A stretch of DNA of 64,000 nt from Bacteroides sp. (GCA_047975405.1 JBKEDO010000032.1:21374-85373), one strand, 5' to 3'; counted from the stretch's first letter, positions 11,571 through 22,459 are shown. Notes: generated by a model from the sequence alone, not told the origin. Translations and numbers: made by a program.

Positions 11571-12467
11571 TTAGTTAAAACAGATATAGGGCTTTAATCT
11601 CTCAAAATCAAATGAGGTAAATTCTTCATAAAGGATGAGTTGATTTAGGCTTTGGAGCTTCCCTTTTTTCTTTCGATGTTCAACAATGACTTTTGCCTGA
11701 TAAAAGTTTAGGTAGGGGTGGCGCATGAGCTGTGCTAAACCGACTTTGTTTAAATTAAGATAAGGGAGCTCTTTCTTGCTGATAGTAAGCCAAGGGCGTA
11801 GCTTATCTACTTTTAAGTGAATGTCTTTGAGTTGATCAACTGTATAATAGAAACCGAGCGATTTTCTGTAGTTCACGATGAGATTTGCGATGTAACTACC
11901 TACTCCGGGTATTTTCTTGAGTTCTGTGGTATCGGCTTTATTGAGCTCTATAGTTGTCCCTATGGGGTATTTGTAAACAGAGTCTTTCTTTATGGTATGG
12001 GTTGTAAGTAAAAGTAAGGTGTCTATATTCTTTTGAGGAGAGGTTATGGATAGGTAAGGGAGCAAGGTGTTGTACTGTTCCTGTGTTATACCGTAGATTT
12101 TTTTGAAATCCTCAGGTTTTTTAAAGCGTCCGCCTTTTTGTCTGTAATGTATAATATTTCGGACGATCCACCTTGAAAGTCCTAACTGCTGCAGCTCCAT
12201 TGAATCAGCCGTATTAGGGTCGAATGAGCGTAATGCAATGACTTGAGGATTGTGATTGTAGGTGTGAAAAAAATGTTTCTTTTTCTCTACGTTCTGCATG
12301 GTTGAGAAGAATTGTTCGCATTCTTCTTTTGACTTGTCATCTATAGCAGGCAGTACTTCTTGTTTGTTAAACACAAGAGGAGATGCAATGAAGACTAAAA
12401 TGATGGTTATTAATAGCAGGATACCTAGGCGTTCTGTTTTTGAGAAATAGAAGAAATCTTTCCACAT
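11571..12467 (-). CDS. ComEA-like helix-hairpin-helix DNA-binding membrane protein
   Basis: N-terminal TM; repeated FDPNTAD and IELNKADTTELKKIPGVG HhH motifs. Confidence 0.85.
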   Translation of the reverse strand: MWKDFFYFSKTERLGILLLITIILVFIASPLVFNKQEVLPAIDDKSKEECEQFFSTMQNVEKKKHFFHTYNHNPQVIALRSFDPNTADSMELQQLGLSRWIVRNIIHYRQKGGRFKKPEDFKKIYGITQEQYNTLLPYLSITSPQKNIDTLLLLTTHTIKKDSVYKYPIGTTIELNKADTTELKKIPGVGSYIANLIVNYRKSLGFYYTVDQLKDIHLKVDKLRPWLTISKKELPYLNLNKVGLAQLMRHPYLNFYQAKVIVEHRKKKGKLQSLNQLILYEEFTSFDFERLKPYICFN

Positions 12468-12472
12468 TTCTA

Positions 12473-13837
12473 TTAAATAAGTTTGAGTTCGTTGATGAAA
12501 ATTAGGGTTATAGCTACTGGTGCAATGTATTTTAAGATGAATATGACAAGTTTGTAAAAGGTGAATCTAAGTTTTCCATTATTGGTGATTTGTGTCCATA
12601 CGATCTTTTTGTCCAAATACCAACCGCAAAATAATGAGACGAATAACCCACCTAGGGGGAGCATAATTTTTGCTGTTGCAAAATCGAATAAATCAAATGC
12701 GGTAAGGTTGAATAGAGTATATTCTTTTATTGGGCCAAAGGATAATGAACAAATTGTACCTAGAATTATACATCCTCCAGTTACAAAAGAAGCTGCTTTC
12801 TTTCGAGTGAGTTTGAATTCTTCGTGTAGATAAGCTGTGGCTACTTCGTGCATCGATATTGTTGACGTAAGTGCAGCCATTGCTAATAGTACATAGAACA
12901 TTATCGGGAAAATATAAGCTAGGGTTGGTATGTCACTGAAAGCTTGCTGAAAGATATTAGGGAGAGTTACAAACACTAAACTTGGGCCTGTATCAGGTTT
13001 AATACCAACTGAAAAAGCTGCTGGAAAAATAATGAATCCAGCAAGAATGGCAATAAATGTATCGATGATTCCAACTGTAAATGCCGTTTTTGTCAGATTT
13101 GTATCTTTACCAAAATACGAAGCATATGTACAAAGGCAGCCTAATCCTAGGCTTAGTGAAAAGAATGCTTGCCCCATTGCTGCTAAAAAGACTGTCCCGT
13201 TTACTTTACTGAAATCAGGGTTTAGCAGAAAACGTATCCCAGTTTCTGCTCCGGGTAGAGTAATTGAGCAGCCAACTAAAATAAGTATAATTATAAATAG
13301 GGCTGGCATCATTAGCTTCGAGTATTTTTCAATTCCTTTTTCTACGCCTTTGATGATAATGAAATGAGTGGCTAGAAGGAAAACAACAAGCCATAATAGA
13401 GGTCGCCAAGGATTGTTGGTGAAGGTTTGAAACGAACGAATGAAATCCGCAGAGTTTTGCCCAGAGAATTTATTGCTTAATGCTTCAGTGGTGTATTCTA
13501 AGGTCCACCCGGCTACAACTGAGTAATAGCTTAAGATGAGAAAACCTGCTAGAACTCCCATTCTACCCACCCATTTCCAAGGAGTTCCCAGAGCTAGAAT
13601 TCGATATGCACCTGCTGCATTAGCTCTGGATTGGCGTCCTATGAGAAATTCACCGATCATGATAGGGAGGCCTAGTATGATGATGCATGCTAAATAGATT
13701 AGAATAAAGGCTGCTCCTCCATGGTTGCCTGTTTCATATGGAAATCTCCAAATATTACCTAACCCTACTGCTGATCCAGCCGATGCTAGAATGATCCCGA
13801 TTTTGCTCCCAAAGTTAGCTCTATGATGTTGTTGCAT
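12473..13837 (-). CDS. Sodium-dependent transporter (SNF/NSS family)
   Basis: GSAVGLGNIWRFPY and QAFFSLSLG signatures. Confidence 0.95.
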   Translation of the reverse strand: MQQHHRANFGSKIGIILASAGSAVGLGNIWRFPYETGNHGGAAFILIYLACIIILGLPIMIGEFLIGRQSRANAAGAYRILALGTPWKWVGRMGVLAGFLILSYYSVVAGWTLEYTTEALSNKFSGQNSADFIRSFQTFTNNPWRPLLWLVVFLLATHFIIIKGVEKGIEKYSKLMMPALFIIILILVGCSITLPGAETGIRFLLNPDFSKVNGTVFLAAMGQAFFSLSLGLGCLCTYASYFGKDTNLTKTAFTVGIIDTFIAILAGFIIFPAAFSVGIKPDTGPSLVFVTLPNIFQQAFSDIPTLAYIFPIMFYVLLAMAALTSTISMHEVATAYLHEEFKLTRKKAASFVTGGCIILGTICSLSFGPIKEYTLFNLTAFDLFDFATAKIMLPLGGLFVSLFCGWYLDKKIVWTQITNNGKLRFTFYKLVIFILKYIAPVAITLIFINELKLI

Positions 13838-13930
13838 ACTTTATTCCTTTTTATGCGATATATTATTGTTGTGATATGCAAATATAAAAAAATAATCTTA
13901 TGTTTGTGTATGATCAAAATAAAATGGAAT

Positions 13931-14323
13931 ATGTTAGTTTATTACCTAAAAAGATATCCTTTGTCTATATTAGTTATAGGTGTTATTTGTTTTTTGTCGT
14001 TTGGACGGTTTTCTCAAAGTGGAGGCGAAGGTTTTAAGTATATCGATAAAATTGCTCACTTTCTGATGTATTGTGGATTATCTTTGGTGTTCGGTTTTGA
14101 ATATTTTAGGAATTGTTGGAAAATAGGCGAGCTCTCGATAATTAAAATCTCGATATATCTTATTCTTGCGACTTTGTTGGGAGGCGGAATTGAACTTTTA
14201 CAAGAATACGGTACAAATTATCGTAGTGGAGAATGGAACGATTTCTTTGTCGATTTATTAGGTAGCTTGGTTGGACTCGTTATGGCTTATTTGCTATTTC
14301 GATTTTGGGTCGGCAAAAAGTAA
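13931..14323 (+). CDS. VanZ-family membrane protein
   Basis: DKIAHFLMY, GGGIELLQ and RSGEWNDF motifs; start trimmed to ATG 13931. Confidence 0.85.
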   Translation: MLVYYLKRYPLSILVIGVICFLSFGRFSQSGGEGFKYIDKIAHFLMYCGLSLVFGFEYFRNCWKIGELSIIKISIYLILATLLGGGIELLQEYGTNYRSGEWNDFFVDLLGSLVGLVMAYLLFRFWVGKK

Positions 14324-14330
14324 TAGTGGA

Positions 14331-15635
14331 TTATAAATAATCCACTATTGTATAAAGTTTTGTACTGTTCGAGCCCTTTATAAGAATGGTGTGTCCTTCT
14401 ATTGGTTCTTGCTTAAGCTCTTCGATAATATCTTGAGCTGATTGATAGCTCCGAAATGAATGATTTACAGATGAGAATTGCTCCCCAACTAACCAAATCT
14501 TTTCAAATTGACATTTGGTGAGATAATCTACTATTTTTTGATGTTCGGTCAGACTCTCTGTTCCAAGTTCCTTCATATCTCCTAGTATGAGCATTTTATG
14601 TGGAGTATCGATTTTCTTGAAGTTCTCAAGAGCGGCCATCATACTTGTAGGGTTAGCATTATATGCGTCAATAATGAGGGAATTACTTTTAGTAACCTTT
14701 AGTTGTGATCGATTGTTTTTAGGGGTATAGTTTTCTAAAGCTTGGTTTATTTTTTCGGGGCTTATATTGAAGTATGTGGCGATAGCTATTGCGGCTAACA
14801 CATTGGGAAGATTATAATCTCCTATTAATCTCGAATTTATAGTCTGTATGTTTCCTCTTTCTCCTTTTTTCCAGATTAGTGATAGAAAAGGAGAATTATT
14901 ATTGGCTATTCCCCCATTGATGTACAAAGAACTATGGGTGCCATATTCAATAAGTGTCAGTTGTTTGGCAATAGTCTCCAAATGCTTATTTTCATGGTGA
15001 ATGAAAACAACGGATTGGGGATCTAGTCGCAAAAAGTCGTATAGTTCGCCTTTGGTTTTGATTACTCCTTCAAATGAGCCGAATCCCTCTAAATGTGCTT
15101 TGCCGACGTTTGTGATAAGGCCATAGTTTGGTTTGGCTATTTGTGCTAAAAATGCAATTTCTCCAGGATGATTAGCCCCCATCTCAATGACGGCTATTTC
15201 ATGTTCTTTCTTTAGTTGCAGTAAAGTGAGTGGAACGCCGATGTGGTTATTAAGGTTTCCTTGTGTATATAGAATGTTATATGTTGTAGATAGGGCACAA
15301 GCTATAAGTTCTTTAGTCGTGGTTTTGCCGTTCGTTCCTGTAATCCCAATAATTGGAGTATTTATCTGTTGTCGATGATGAGTGGCCAATTCTTGCAATG
15401 CCTTTAGGGTATCATCAACTAATAAGTATCGTTGATCTTTTTCAACATAATACTCTGGGTTATCTACGATTACATAGCTACAACCTTTTTCCAAAGCTTG
15501 TGCTGCAAACAAGTTTCCGTCAAATGATTCTCCTTTCAAAGCAATAAAAAGAGAATTCTTGGGGCAATTGCGACTGTCGGTTGTCACAGATTGGCATTTC
15601 AGGAAAATTTGATAAATAGAATCGATTGTCATCAT
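14331..15635 (-). CDS. murF: UDP-MurNAc-tripeptide--D-Ala-D-Ala ligase
   Basis: TTDSR, ITGTNGKTTTKE, EMGANHPGEI, DAYNANPTSM, LGDMKELG. Confidence 0.97.
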   Translation of the reverse strand: MMTIDSIYQIFLKCQSVTTDSRNCPKNSLFIALKGESFDGNLFAAQALEKGCSYVIVDNPEYYVEKDQRYLLVDDTLKALQELATHHRQQINTPIIGITGTNGKTTTKELIACALSTTYNILYTQGNLNNHIGVPLTLLQLKKEHEIAVIEMGANHPGEIAFLAQIAKPNYGLITNVGKAHLEGFGSFEGVIKTKGELYDFLRLDPQSVVFIHHENKHLETIAKQLTLIEYGTHSSLYINGGIANNNSPFLSLIWKKGERGNIQTINSRLIGDYNLPNVLAAIAIATYFNISPEKINQALENYTPKNNRSQLKVTKSNSLIIDAYNANPTSMMAALENFKKIDTPHKMLILGDMKELGTESLTEHQKIVDYLTKCQFEKIWLVGEQFSSVNHSFRSYQSAQDIIEELKQEPIEGHTILIKGSNSTKLYTIVDYL

Positions 15636-15724
15636 TATTCTTTATTAAAAAACATGCAAATATAGTCTGATTATTGATGACTTTTTTAATTTAAGTCTTT
15701 TAATAATTAAAAATCATGTTAAAG

Positions 15725-17749
15725 TCATTTTTTATAAGGAATAGTGAAAATGAAGCGGCATCCATTTGTGTAGGTATCATCTATAATTAAGTTTCCATGG
15801 AGTTTATCTGCAATACTTTTGCATATGGGGAGCCCCAATCCTGTTCCTTGCGAGAACATATTTATTTTATAAAAACGTTCGAAGATATATTCTTTTTTAT
15901 CTTTAGAGATTCCGATTCCAGTATCGGTAACAATGAAAGAGATTGTATCTTTTCTATCAGAGATCTTATATTCCAAGGTGATACTACCTTTTAAGGTAAA
16001 TTTTGCCGCGTTGTGGAGTAGGTTATTTAAAACTTGGGTTACATATCCGGGGTTGCTCTTAATGATGAGGCTTTCTTTCTCGTGGTGGAAGTTTATTTGA
16101 ACGCCTTCTTTTTTCTGATGCCCTGCAAGTTCTAAGCCGCTCTGGCAACAGTCGTAGATATTGGTCGGGATGTTTGATTCGATTTCTTCATACTGATCCA
16201 ATTCCGATAATGTTAGGACATCAGTGATTAATCGAAGCAGATCGTTACTGTTGGTCTTGATAATTTCCGCAAATTCTTTTGTTTCCGGATTTTCTTTTCC
16301 GTAGTTGTCACTTAGTATTTGAGAAAAGCCTACAATTGAATTTAAAGGAGTGCGAATTTCATGAGACATACTTTGAATGAATGTTGTTTTCATTTGGCTG
16401 TTTCGCTCAGCTTTATCTTTGGCAATACGCAGTTCTTCGCGTGATTCTGTCAATTCGTCGTTTTTGGTTTTTAATTTTGATTCCGATAATCTAAGCTTCC
16501 TGTTTAGTAAATTTTCACGGTAAAGGAAGATGAAAACGAGCCCTAAAAGTCCCGTTAATGAGATAATCAGTGTTTTCTTGTTCTTTATTTCTTTTTGTTG
16601 AGTCTGGAGCATCAACTCTTTCTTCTCGGAATTTAGTTTTTCAATATTTAATAAAGTCGCAAATTCACTCGTTGCTTTTTGTTCATTTTCAAGTTTCAAA
16701 GAGTCGTCTAATATAATATATTCTTGTAGACATTTAAAGGCAGATTCGATGTCTCCCATTTTATAATAAATGTCTGCTTTAGAACGAACTTGAGTCCCAT
16801 TTAAAGCATGTTCACTGAATCGTTTTTCTTCGGCCTCTTGATTGAGAAAGGATTTAAGTGCTTTTTTAAGCTGATTAGTGGCAATGTAATATTTGGATTC
16901 AGTCTGGTAAAAAGTTTTTTTTGCAGAATCAAGCCGTTTGTCCTTGCTGAAAAGGAGTTGACATTCTTTCATCATTTTTTCTGCTTCTGTGATATTATTG
17001 AAGGCTAAATAGTAGTTGACATAGTAAAGTTTAGTAAGGGCCTTATGACCTGGGGAATTGGATGCCTTTTCTGCTTTCTGAAGCATTTCAAGCGCTTTCT
17101 TGCGATCTTTGGCGTCAATGTAATAACTCGCAGTAAGGTTGTAGATAATTGCAATATTATAATTTTCAACCTTTTCATGCTCGGTAAGTTCTATCTCTTT
17201 TAATTGCCATTCTAGTGCTAGTTTCTTAAAACCTTTAATTGAGTAAATATGAGCTAATGTATTGTAGCAATTTAATAATCCGATTTTACTTCCAGTTGCT
17301 TCTGCATCTTTAAGCATACGTTCAGCCTCGTATAGTGCAATGTTGTTACGTCCAGTTTTTAAATAATATAAAATAAGTCGATTCCCCCATGCGAAATAAT
17401 AGTATTTGAGTTGGTTGGTTTCCTTCGCAAATTTTTTAACTTTATTGGTGTAGGATATGATACTATCTTCTTCGATCCCTTGATAATAGTAATAGTTCAA
17501 TTTGAGGGATAAAGCCACTGCTTGCATTCTGATATCGTTCTTTATAGATGCCTTTTGGAAAAGAGTATCCGCCATGGATAATGCTATGGGACGAAGTATA
17601 TTTGCCTGACAATGTTGATAATACGAGTAAAGCGTTGTGTCTACATTAAATGCGTCAACCTCTTTTTGAGCCTTGGTAGGGCATGCCAAAAATAGTAGGG
17701 AGACTAACAGGACAAAAGGGCGGCTGATTGAGTGTTTTGTGAGCTTCAT
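15725..17749 (-). CDS. Membrane sensor histidine kinase with helical (TPR-like) periplasmic domain, no adjacent response regulator
   Basis: Signal peptide, single TM, H-box SHEIRTPLNSIVGFS, HATPase NAAKFT / DTGIGI / GTGLGL. Confidence 0.92.
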   Translation of the reverse strand: MKLTKHSISRPFVLLVSLLFLACPTKAQKEVDAFNVDTTLYSYYQHCQANILRPIALSMADTLFQKASIKNDIRMQAVALSLKLNYYYYQGIEEDSIISYTNKVKKFAKETNQLKYYYFAWGNRLILYYLKTGRNNIALYEAERMLKDAEATGSKIGLLNCYNTLAHIYSIKGFKKLALEWQLKEIELTEHEKVENYNIAIIYNLTASYYIDAKDRKKALEMLQKAEKASNSPGHKALTKLYYVNYYLAFNNITEAEKMMKECQLLFSKDKRLDSAKKTFYQTESKYYIATNQLKKALKSFLNQEAEEKRFSEHALNGTQVRSKADIYYKMGDIESAFKCLQEYIILDDSLKLENEQKATSEFATLLNIEKLNSEKKELMLQTQQKEIKNKKTLIISLTGLLGLVFIFLYRENLLNRKLRLSESKLKTKNDELTESREELRIAKDKAERNSQMKTTFIQSMSHEIRTPLNSIVGFSQILSDNYGKENPETKEFAEIIKTNSNDLLRLITDVLTLSELDQYEEIESNIPTNIYDCCQSGLELAGHQKKEGVQINFHHEKESLIIKSNPGYVTQVLNNLLHNAAKFTLKGSITLEYKISDRKDTISFIVTDTGIGISKDKKEYIFERFYKINMFSQGTGLGLPICKSIADKLHGNLIIDDTYTNGCRFIFTIPYKK

Positions 17750-17852
17750 TGTACATCTATTGTATCTATTGCAAATATACGTTTATTTCTGAATTTTAAT
17801 GCAATTACTCTTTTTTTTTCTGTAAATTTGCATTTATCAAAATAGATGGAAA

Positions 17853-18704
17853 ATGGACTTGAATAATTTAAAAACGATAAATGTAAATGGTCATCTAATA
17901 GACCTCGCCGTTCCTCAAGTTATGGGGATCTTAAACGTGACTCCAGACTCTTTCTATGCAGGGAGTCGGATGCAAACAGAACAGGATATTTTGGACAGAG
18001 CACGACAGATTGTTACTCAAGGAGGAACAATTATTGACGTTGGCGCCTACTCTTCCAGGCCGGATGCGGAACATATCTCTTCAGAAGAAGAGATGAGACG
18101 ATTACGCTTCGGTTTAGATATTATTAGACGGGAATATCCTGATGTTGTCATTTCTGTTGATACTTTTCGATCGGATATAGCTGAAAAATGCGTGGATGAA
18201 TTTGGCGTTGGCATCATTAATGATATCTCGGGTGGTAATATGGACAACAAAATGTTTGAGATGATTGCTAAACTTGGTGTCCCCTATATCATGATGCATA
18301 TGAAAGGAATTCCACAAAATATGCAAAAATGTGCAACGTATGAGAACATTGTAAGAGAAGTTTTCTTATATTTTGCCCAAAAATTGGAATGTCTTCGTTC
18401 GCTTGGTGTAAAAGATGTTATTCTTGATCCAGGCTTTGGCTTCGCAAAGACGTTGGATCATAATTATGAATTGATGTCGCATTTAGAAGATTTTAGAATA
18501 TTTGAGCAACCACTGTTAGTTGGTGTCTCTCGTAAATCTATGATTTATAAACTGCTGAATGTGAATCCAGATGAAGCATTAAATGGTACAGTTGTTCTTG
18601 ATACGATTGCCTTGTTGAAGGGGGCTGATATCCTTCGGGTGCATGATGTTCGTGAGGCTGTTGAAACCATTAAAATTGTGGAGAAAATTAAACAAAAAAA
18701 TTAA
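17853..18704 (+). CDS. folP: Dihydropteroate synthase
   Basis: MGILNVTPDSF, DPGFGFAK, GVSRKS, LRVHDV. Confidence 0.97.
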   Translation: MDLNNLKTINVNGHLIDLAVPQVMGILNVTPDSFYAGSRMQTEQDILDRARQIVTQGGTIIDVGAYSSRPDAEHISSEEEMRRLRFGLDIIRREYPDVVISVDTFRSDIAEKCVDEFGVGIINDISGGNMDNKMFEMIAKLGVPYIMMHMKGIPQNMQKCATYENIVREVFLYFAQKLECLRSLGVKDVILDPGFGFAKTLDHNYELMSHLEDFRIFEQPLLVGVSRKSMIYKLLNVNPDEALNGTVVLDTIALLKGADILRVHDVREAVETIKIVEKIKQKN

Positions 18705-18712
18705 CCCCTAAT

Positions 18713-19495
18713 TTGTTTGTAATTGTGCCGTTTTTTGGATTTGGAATTAAAGATCTTATCGATATTCTGCTAGTTGCTTTTCTTTTGTATTACACTTACA
18801 AATTAATGAAAGTTTCTGGCTCAATTAAGATATTCACTGGGATATTGGTGTTTATCTTGATCTGGGTTGTTGTCACTCAAGTGCTTGAGATGAAATTATT
18901 GGGCTCAATTTTTGATACACTAAAGAATGTTGGTGTAATTGCTTTGATTGTGCTGTTTCAAGACGAAATTAGACGCTTCTTATTAACTCTTGGATCACAT
19001 AAGCATATGAGCGCTTTGGTACGTTTTTTCTCAGGGAACAAGAAAGTGACGTTACGCCATGATGACATCATGCCGATCGTTATGGCTTGTTTGAATATGG
19101 CTAAGCAACGGGTGGGGGCTTTAATTGTGATAGAACATAATATTCCTCTGGATGAATTTGTCTATACTGGAGAGGAAGTCGATGCTAGAATCAACCAGCG
19201 ACTCGTTGAAAATATCTTTTTTAAAAATAGTCCGTTGCATGATGGAGCGATGATTATTTCGAAGAAAAGGATAAAAGCTGTAGGATGTATTTTGCCTGTA
19301 TCTCATAACTTAGATATACCCAAAGATTTAGGCTTGCGTCATCGTGCAGCAATGGGAGTCTGTCAGGAATCCGATGCTCATGCGATTATTGTGTCTGAAG
19401 AAACCGGAGCTATATCGGTCGCCTATCAAGGACAGTTTTATTTGCGGCTGAGTGCCGAAGAACTAGAAAGTTTATTAACCAAAAATGATAACTAA
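18713..19495 (+). CDS. dacA: Diadenylate cyclase CdaA/DacA
   Basis: Three N-terminal TMs, SPLHDGA and GLRHRAA motifs; start uncertain (TTG 18713 or GTG 18725). Confidence 0.93.
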   Translation: MFVIVPFFGFGIKDLIDILLVAFLLYYTYKLMKVSGSIKIFTGILVFILIWVVVTQVLEMKLLGSIFDTLKNVGVIALIVLFQDEIRRFLLTLGSHKHMSALVRFFSGNKKVTLRHDDIMPIVMACLNMAKQRVGALIVIEHNIPLDEFVYTGEEVDARINQRLVENIFFKNSPLHDGAMIISKKRIKAVGCILPVSHNLDIPKDLGLRHRAAMGVCQESDAHAIIVSEETGAISVAYQGQFYLRLSAEELESLLTKNDN

Positions 19496-19516
19496 CTGAT
19501 TAAATTTAATGCGAGT

Positions 19517-21064
19517 ATGGACAGAAGAGATTTTTTGCGAACAGGAAGTTTCGCACTAGTCGGGTCATTGACTACCGGCTCAGCTTTAGCATTTTCATCT
19601 TCGGCGCAATCAGCATTGGGAGGAGAAAAGGCCGGTAAGAAAGCGGCCGTTTTTGCTGCAATGAACCACTTTGGAGTAAGTGAGGGGGATCTAAAAAAGA
19701 TTCTTGCTGCTGCTCTTGAGAAAGGGGGTGATTATGCTGATCTGTTTTTTGAACACACGTTGAGTAACAGTATCAGCTTGATGGATGGTGCAGTGAACCG
19801 ATCTTATTCTAATATTGATTTTGGAATGGGGGTTCGTGTGTTGTCTGGCGATCAGAGTGGATACGCCTATGTTGAGAATATTACGTTGGACGAGATGCTA
19901 AAAGCGGCACGTACCGCTGCTCGTATTGCTTCGTCAAATAAAGGTAAACACCCCGTGAATTTGACGGCAAAAGATTTAAAACAGAACTATTATAAGGTTT
20001 CTTCTTCGTGGGAGGAGACTAGCCTTAAAGATAAAATGCCATATCTGCAGAAATTGAATGATAAGATTTTTGCACTTGACTCTCGTGTGCAGAAGGTGCA
20101 AGCTTCTCAGAGCGACACGACATCACACATTTTCTTCTGTAACTCAGAAGGAGTGATGTTTTACGATTATAGACCGATGGTTACGTTAGGAGCTCTCTGT
20201 ATTATGCAGGAAAACGGAAAGGTCGAAAACGGATATTCAGCTCGTGCTTATCGTAAAGGATTTGAATTCTTGTCGGACGATGTTGTTGAGGTGATTGCTC
20301 GTGAGGCAGTCGACCAGACGTCTATTATGTTTAAGGCCATAAAACCTAAAGGAGGTGAAATGCCTGTAGTAATGGGAGCCGGTGGATCGGGTATCTTGTT
20401 GCATGAAGCTATTGGGCATGCTTTTGAAGCTGATTTTAATCGCAAAAATACTTCGATATTCTCCGATCAATTGAATAAAAAAATCTGTAATGAGCATGTT
20501 AGTGTGATCGATGATGGTACCATTCCTTTTAATAGAGGATCGGTCAATTTTGACGATGAGGGTATTGAAGGGCAAAAAACTTATTTAGTGAAGAATGGAG
20601 TCTTGACTAGTTATATTCACGATCGTATCAGTGCTAAGCATTATGGAGTATCGCCGACTGGTAACGGGCGACGGGAATCTTTCCGAGCAATGCCTATTCC
20701 ACGTATGCGTGCGACCTATATGGATCCGGGTAATATGAAAGAATCGGATATCATTGCTTCTGTAAAACAAGGTATTTATGTGGATAACTTCACTAATGGT
20801 CAAGTGCAAATTGGAGCTGGAGATTTCACTTTCTTTGTAAAATCGGGTTATCTGATTGAGAACGGAAAGTTGACTCAACCTATTAAAGATATTAATATCA
20901 TTGGAAATGGACCTAAGGCTCTTGCCGATATTACGATGGTGGCCGATAATGACAAGATCGATAACGGCACATGGACATGTGGCAAGGATGGACAATCTTG
21001 TCCGGTGACTTGTGGCATGCCTTCCGCATTGGTAAGTAAACTAACCGTAGGTGGTGAAAATTAA
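19517..21064 (+). CDS. tldD: TldD metalloprotease subunit with twin-arginine signal peptide
   Basis: LHEAIGHAFEAD zinc motif, TGNGRRES, C-terminal CGKDGQ; N-terminus MDRRDFLRTG. Confidence 0.93.
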   Translation: MDRRDFLRTGSFALVGSLTTGSALAFSSSAQSALGGEKAGKKAAVFAAMNHFGVSEGDLKKILAAALEKGGDYADLFFEHTLSNSISLMDGAVNRSYSNIDFGMGVRVLSGDQSGYAYVENITLDEMLKAARTAARIASSNKGKHPVNLTAKDLKQNYYKVSSSWEETSLKDKMPYLQKLNDKIFALDSRVQKVQASQSDTTSHIFFCNSEGVMFYDYRPMVTLGALCIMQENGKVENGYSARAYRKGFEFLSDDVVEVIAREAVDQTSIMFKAIKPKGGEMPVVMGAGGSGILLHEAIGHAFEADFNRKNTSIFSDQLNKKICNEHVSVIDDGTIPFNRGSVNFDDEGIEGQKTYLVKNGVLTSYIHDRISAKHYGVSPTGNGRRESFRAMPIPRMRATYMDPGNMKESDIIASVKQGIYVDNFTNGQVQIGAGDFTFFVKSGYLIENGKLTQPIKDINIIGNGPKALADITMVADNDKIDNGTWTCGKDGQSCPVTCGMPSALVSKLTVGGEN

Positions 21065-21086
21065 GTTCTAACATTTTAAAATCCGA

Positions 21087-22412
21087 ATGATTATGATATC
21101 AGATAATAATAAGAAGTTAGCTCAATGGGCAATGGATTTTGCGTTGAAGAATGGCTGTCAATCGGCAAAGGTTGTACTTTACGCTAGCTCGAATACCTCT
21201 TTTGATTTGCGTGATGCGAAGATGGATAAATTGCAGCAGGCCTCCGAAGGAGGAATGAGCATCTCTTTATATGTAGACGGACGATATGGTAACTTCTCGA
21301 CCAATCGGTTGGATCGTAAGGAATTGGAAACTTTTATAAAGAACGGCATCGACTCTACGCGATATTTAGCTAAAGATGAGGCTCGTGTTTTGCCAGATCC
21401 TTCTAGATACTACAAGGGTGGAAAACCCGACTTGCAATTGTTTGACGATAAGTTGAATGGAATCAATCCTGATGAGAAAGTTGATTTAGCTAAAGCTGTA
21501 GCTGAAGAAATCTTAGGTAAAGACAATCGGATTATTTCTGTGGGTTCATCGTATGGGGATGGTGAAAACTTCTCTTATGGCATCACGAGTAATGGTTTTG
21601 AGGGTGAGTCTAAGCGGACTTGGTTCTCATTGTCGAGTGATGTGGCTATTAAAGGGGAAGGCGAAGCTCGCCCTTCTTCCTATTGGTATGAGTCTTCACT
21701 TTTTTATGGTGATTTGAAGACGCAGAATATTGGCCGTAAGGCTTTAGAGAGAGTGTTGCGGAAACTTGGACAGAAGAAAGTTGCCTCTGGTAAATATACA
21801 ATGGTTGTAGATGCTATGAATGGTCGACGTCTGTTATCTCCGGTGCTTGATGCCCTTTATGGCTCGTCTTTGCAACAAAAAAATTCCTTTTTGCTCGATA
21901 AACTGAACCAAAAAGTAGCTAGTGATCTGTTCACGTTAATAGATGAACCTCATCTGGTTAAATCGTCGGGTGCGCGTTATTTCGATAACGAAGGGGTCGC
22001 TACTGTTCGTCGTCCGGTATTTGACAAAGGAGCCCTGAATACCTATTTCATTGATACGTATAATAGTCAAAAGATGGGAGTTGATCCGACAATTAGTTCT
22101 CCGTCGTTGTTAGTGATGCAGCCTGGAAATAAGGACCTTCAAGGGCTGATAGCTGACGTTGATAAAGGTATTTTAGTGACTGGTTTTAATGGGGGTAATA
22201 GTAATAGCACATCTGGTGATTTCTCATATGGTATCGAAGGCTTTTTAATTGAAAACGGAAAGTTGACACAGCCGATAACAGAAATGAACATCACAGGTAA
22301 CATGTTAACTCTTTGGTCATCGCTTGTTGCTATGGGCAACGATCCACGTTTGGATTCCTCCTGGCGCATTCCGTCTTTGGTTTTTGAAGGTGTGGACTTT
22401 AGCGGATTATAA
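21087..22412 (+). CDS. pmbA: TldE/PmbA partner subunit
   Basis: FDNEG and SGDFSYG motifs, no HExxxH, directly after tldD. Confidence 0.88.
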   Translation: MIMISDNNKKLAQWAMDFALKNGCQSAKVVLYASSNTSFDLRDAKMDKLQQASEGGMSISLYVDGRYGNFSTNRLDRKELETFIKNGIDSTRYLAKDEARVLPDPSRYYKGGKPDLQLFDDKLNGINPDEKVDLAKAVAEEILGKDNRIISVGSSYGDGENFSYGITSNGFEGESKRTWFSLSSDVAIKGEGEARPSSYWYESSLFYGDLKTQNIGRKALERVLRKLGQKKVASGKYTMVVDAMNGRRLLSPVLDALYGSSLQQKNSFLLDKLNQKVASDLFTLIDEPHLVKSSGARYFDNEGVATVRRPVFDKGALNTYFIDTYNSQKMGVDPTISSPSLLVMQPGNKDLQGLIADVDKGILVTGFNGGNSNSTSGDFSYGIEGFLIENGKLTQPITEMNITGNMLTLWSSLVAMGNDPRLDSSWRIPSLVFEGVDFSGL

Positions 22413-22459
22413 AATCGATTAGTCGTTTGATCGCCTTATTCTTAGGCGTTCAATAAATA

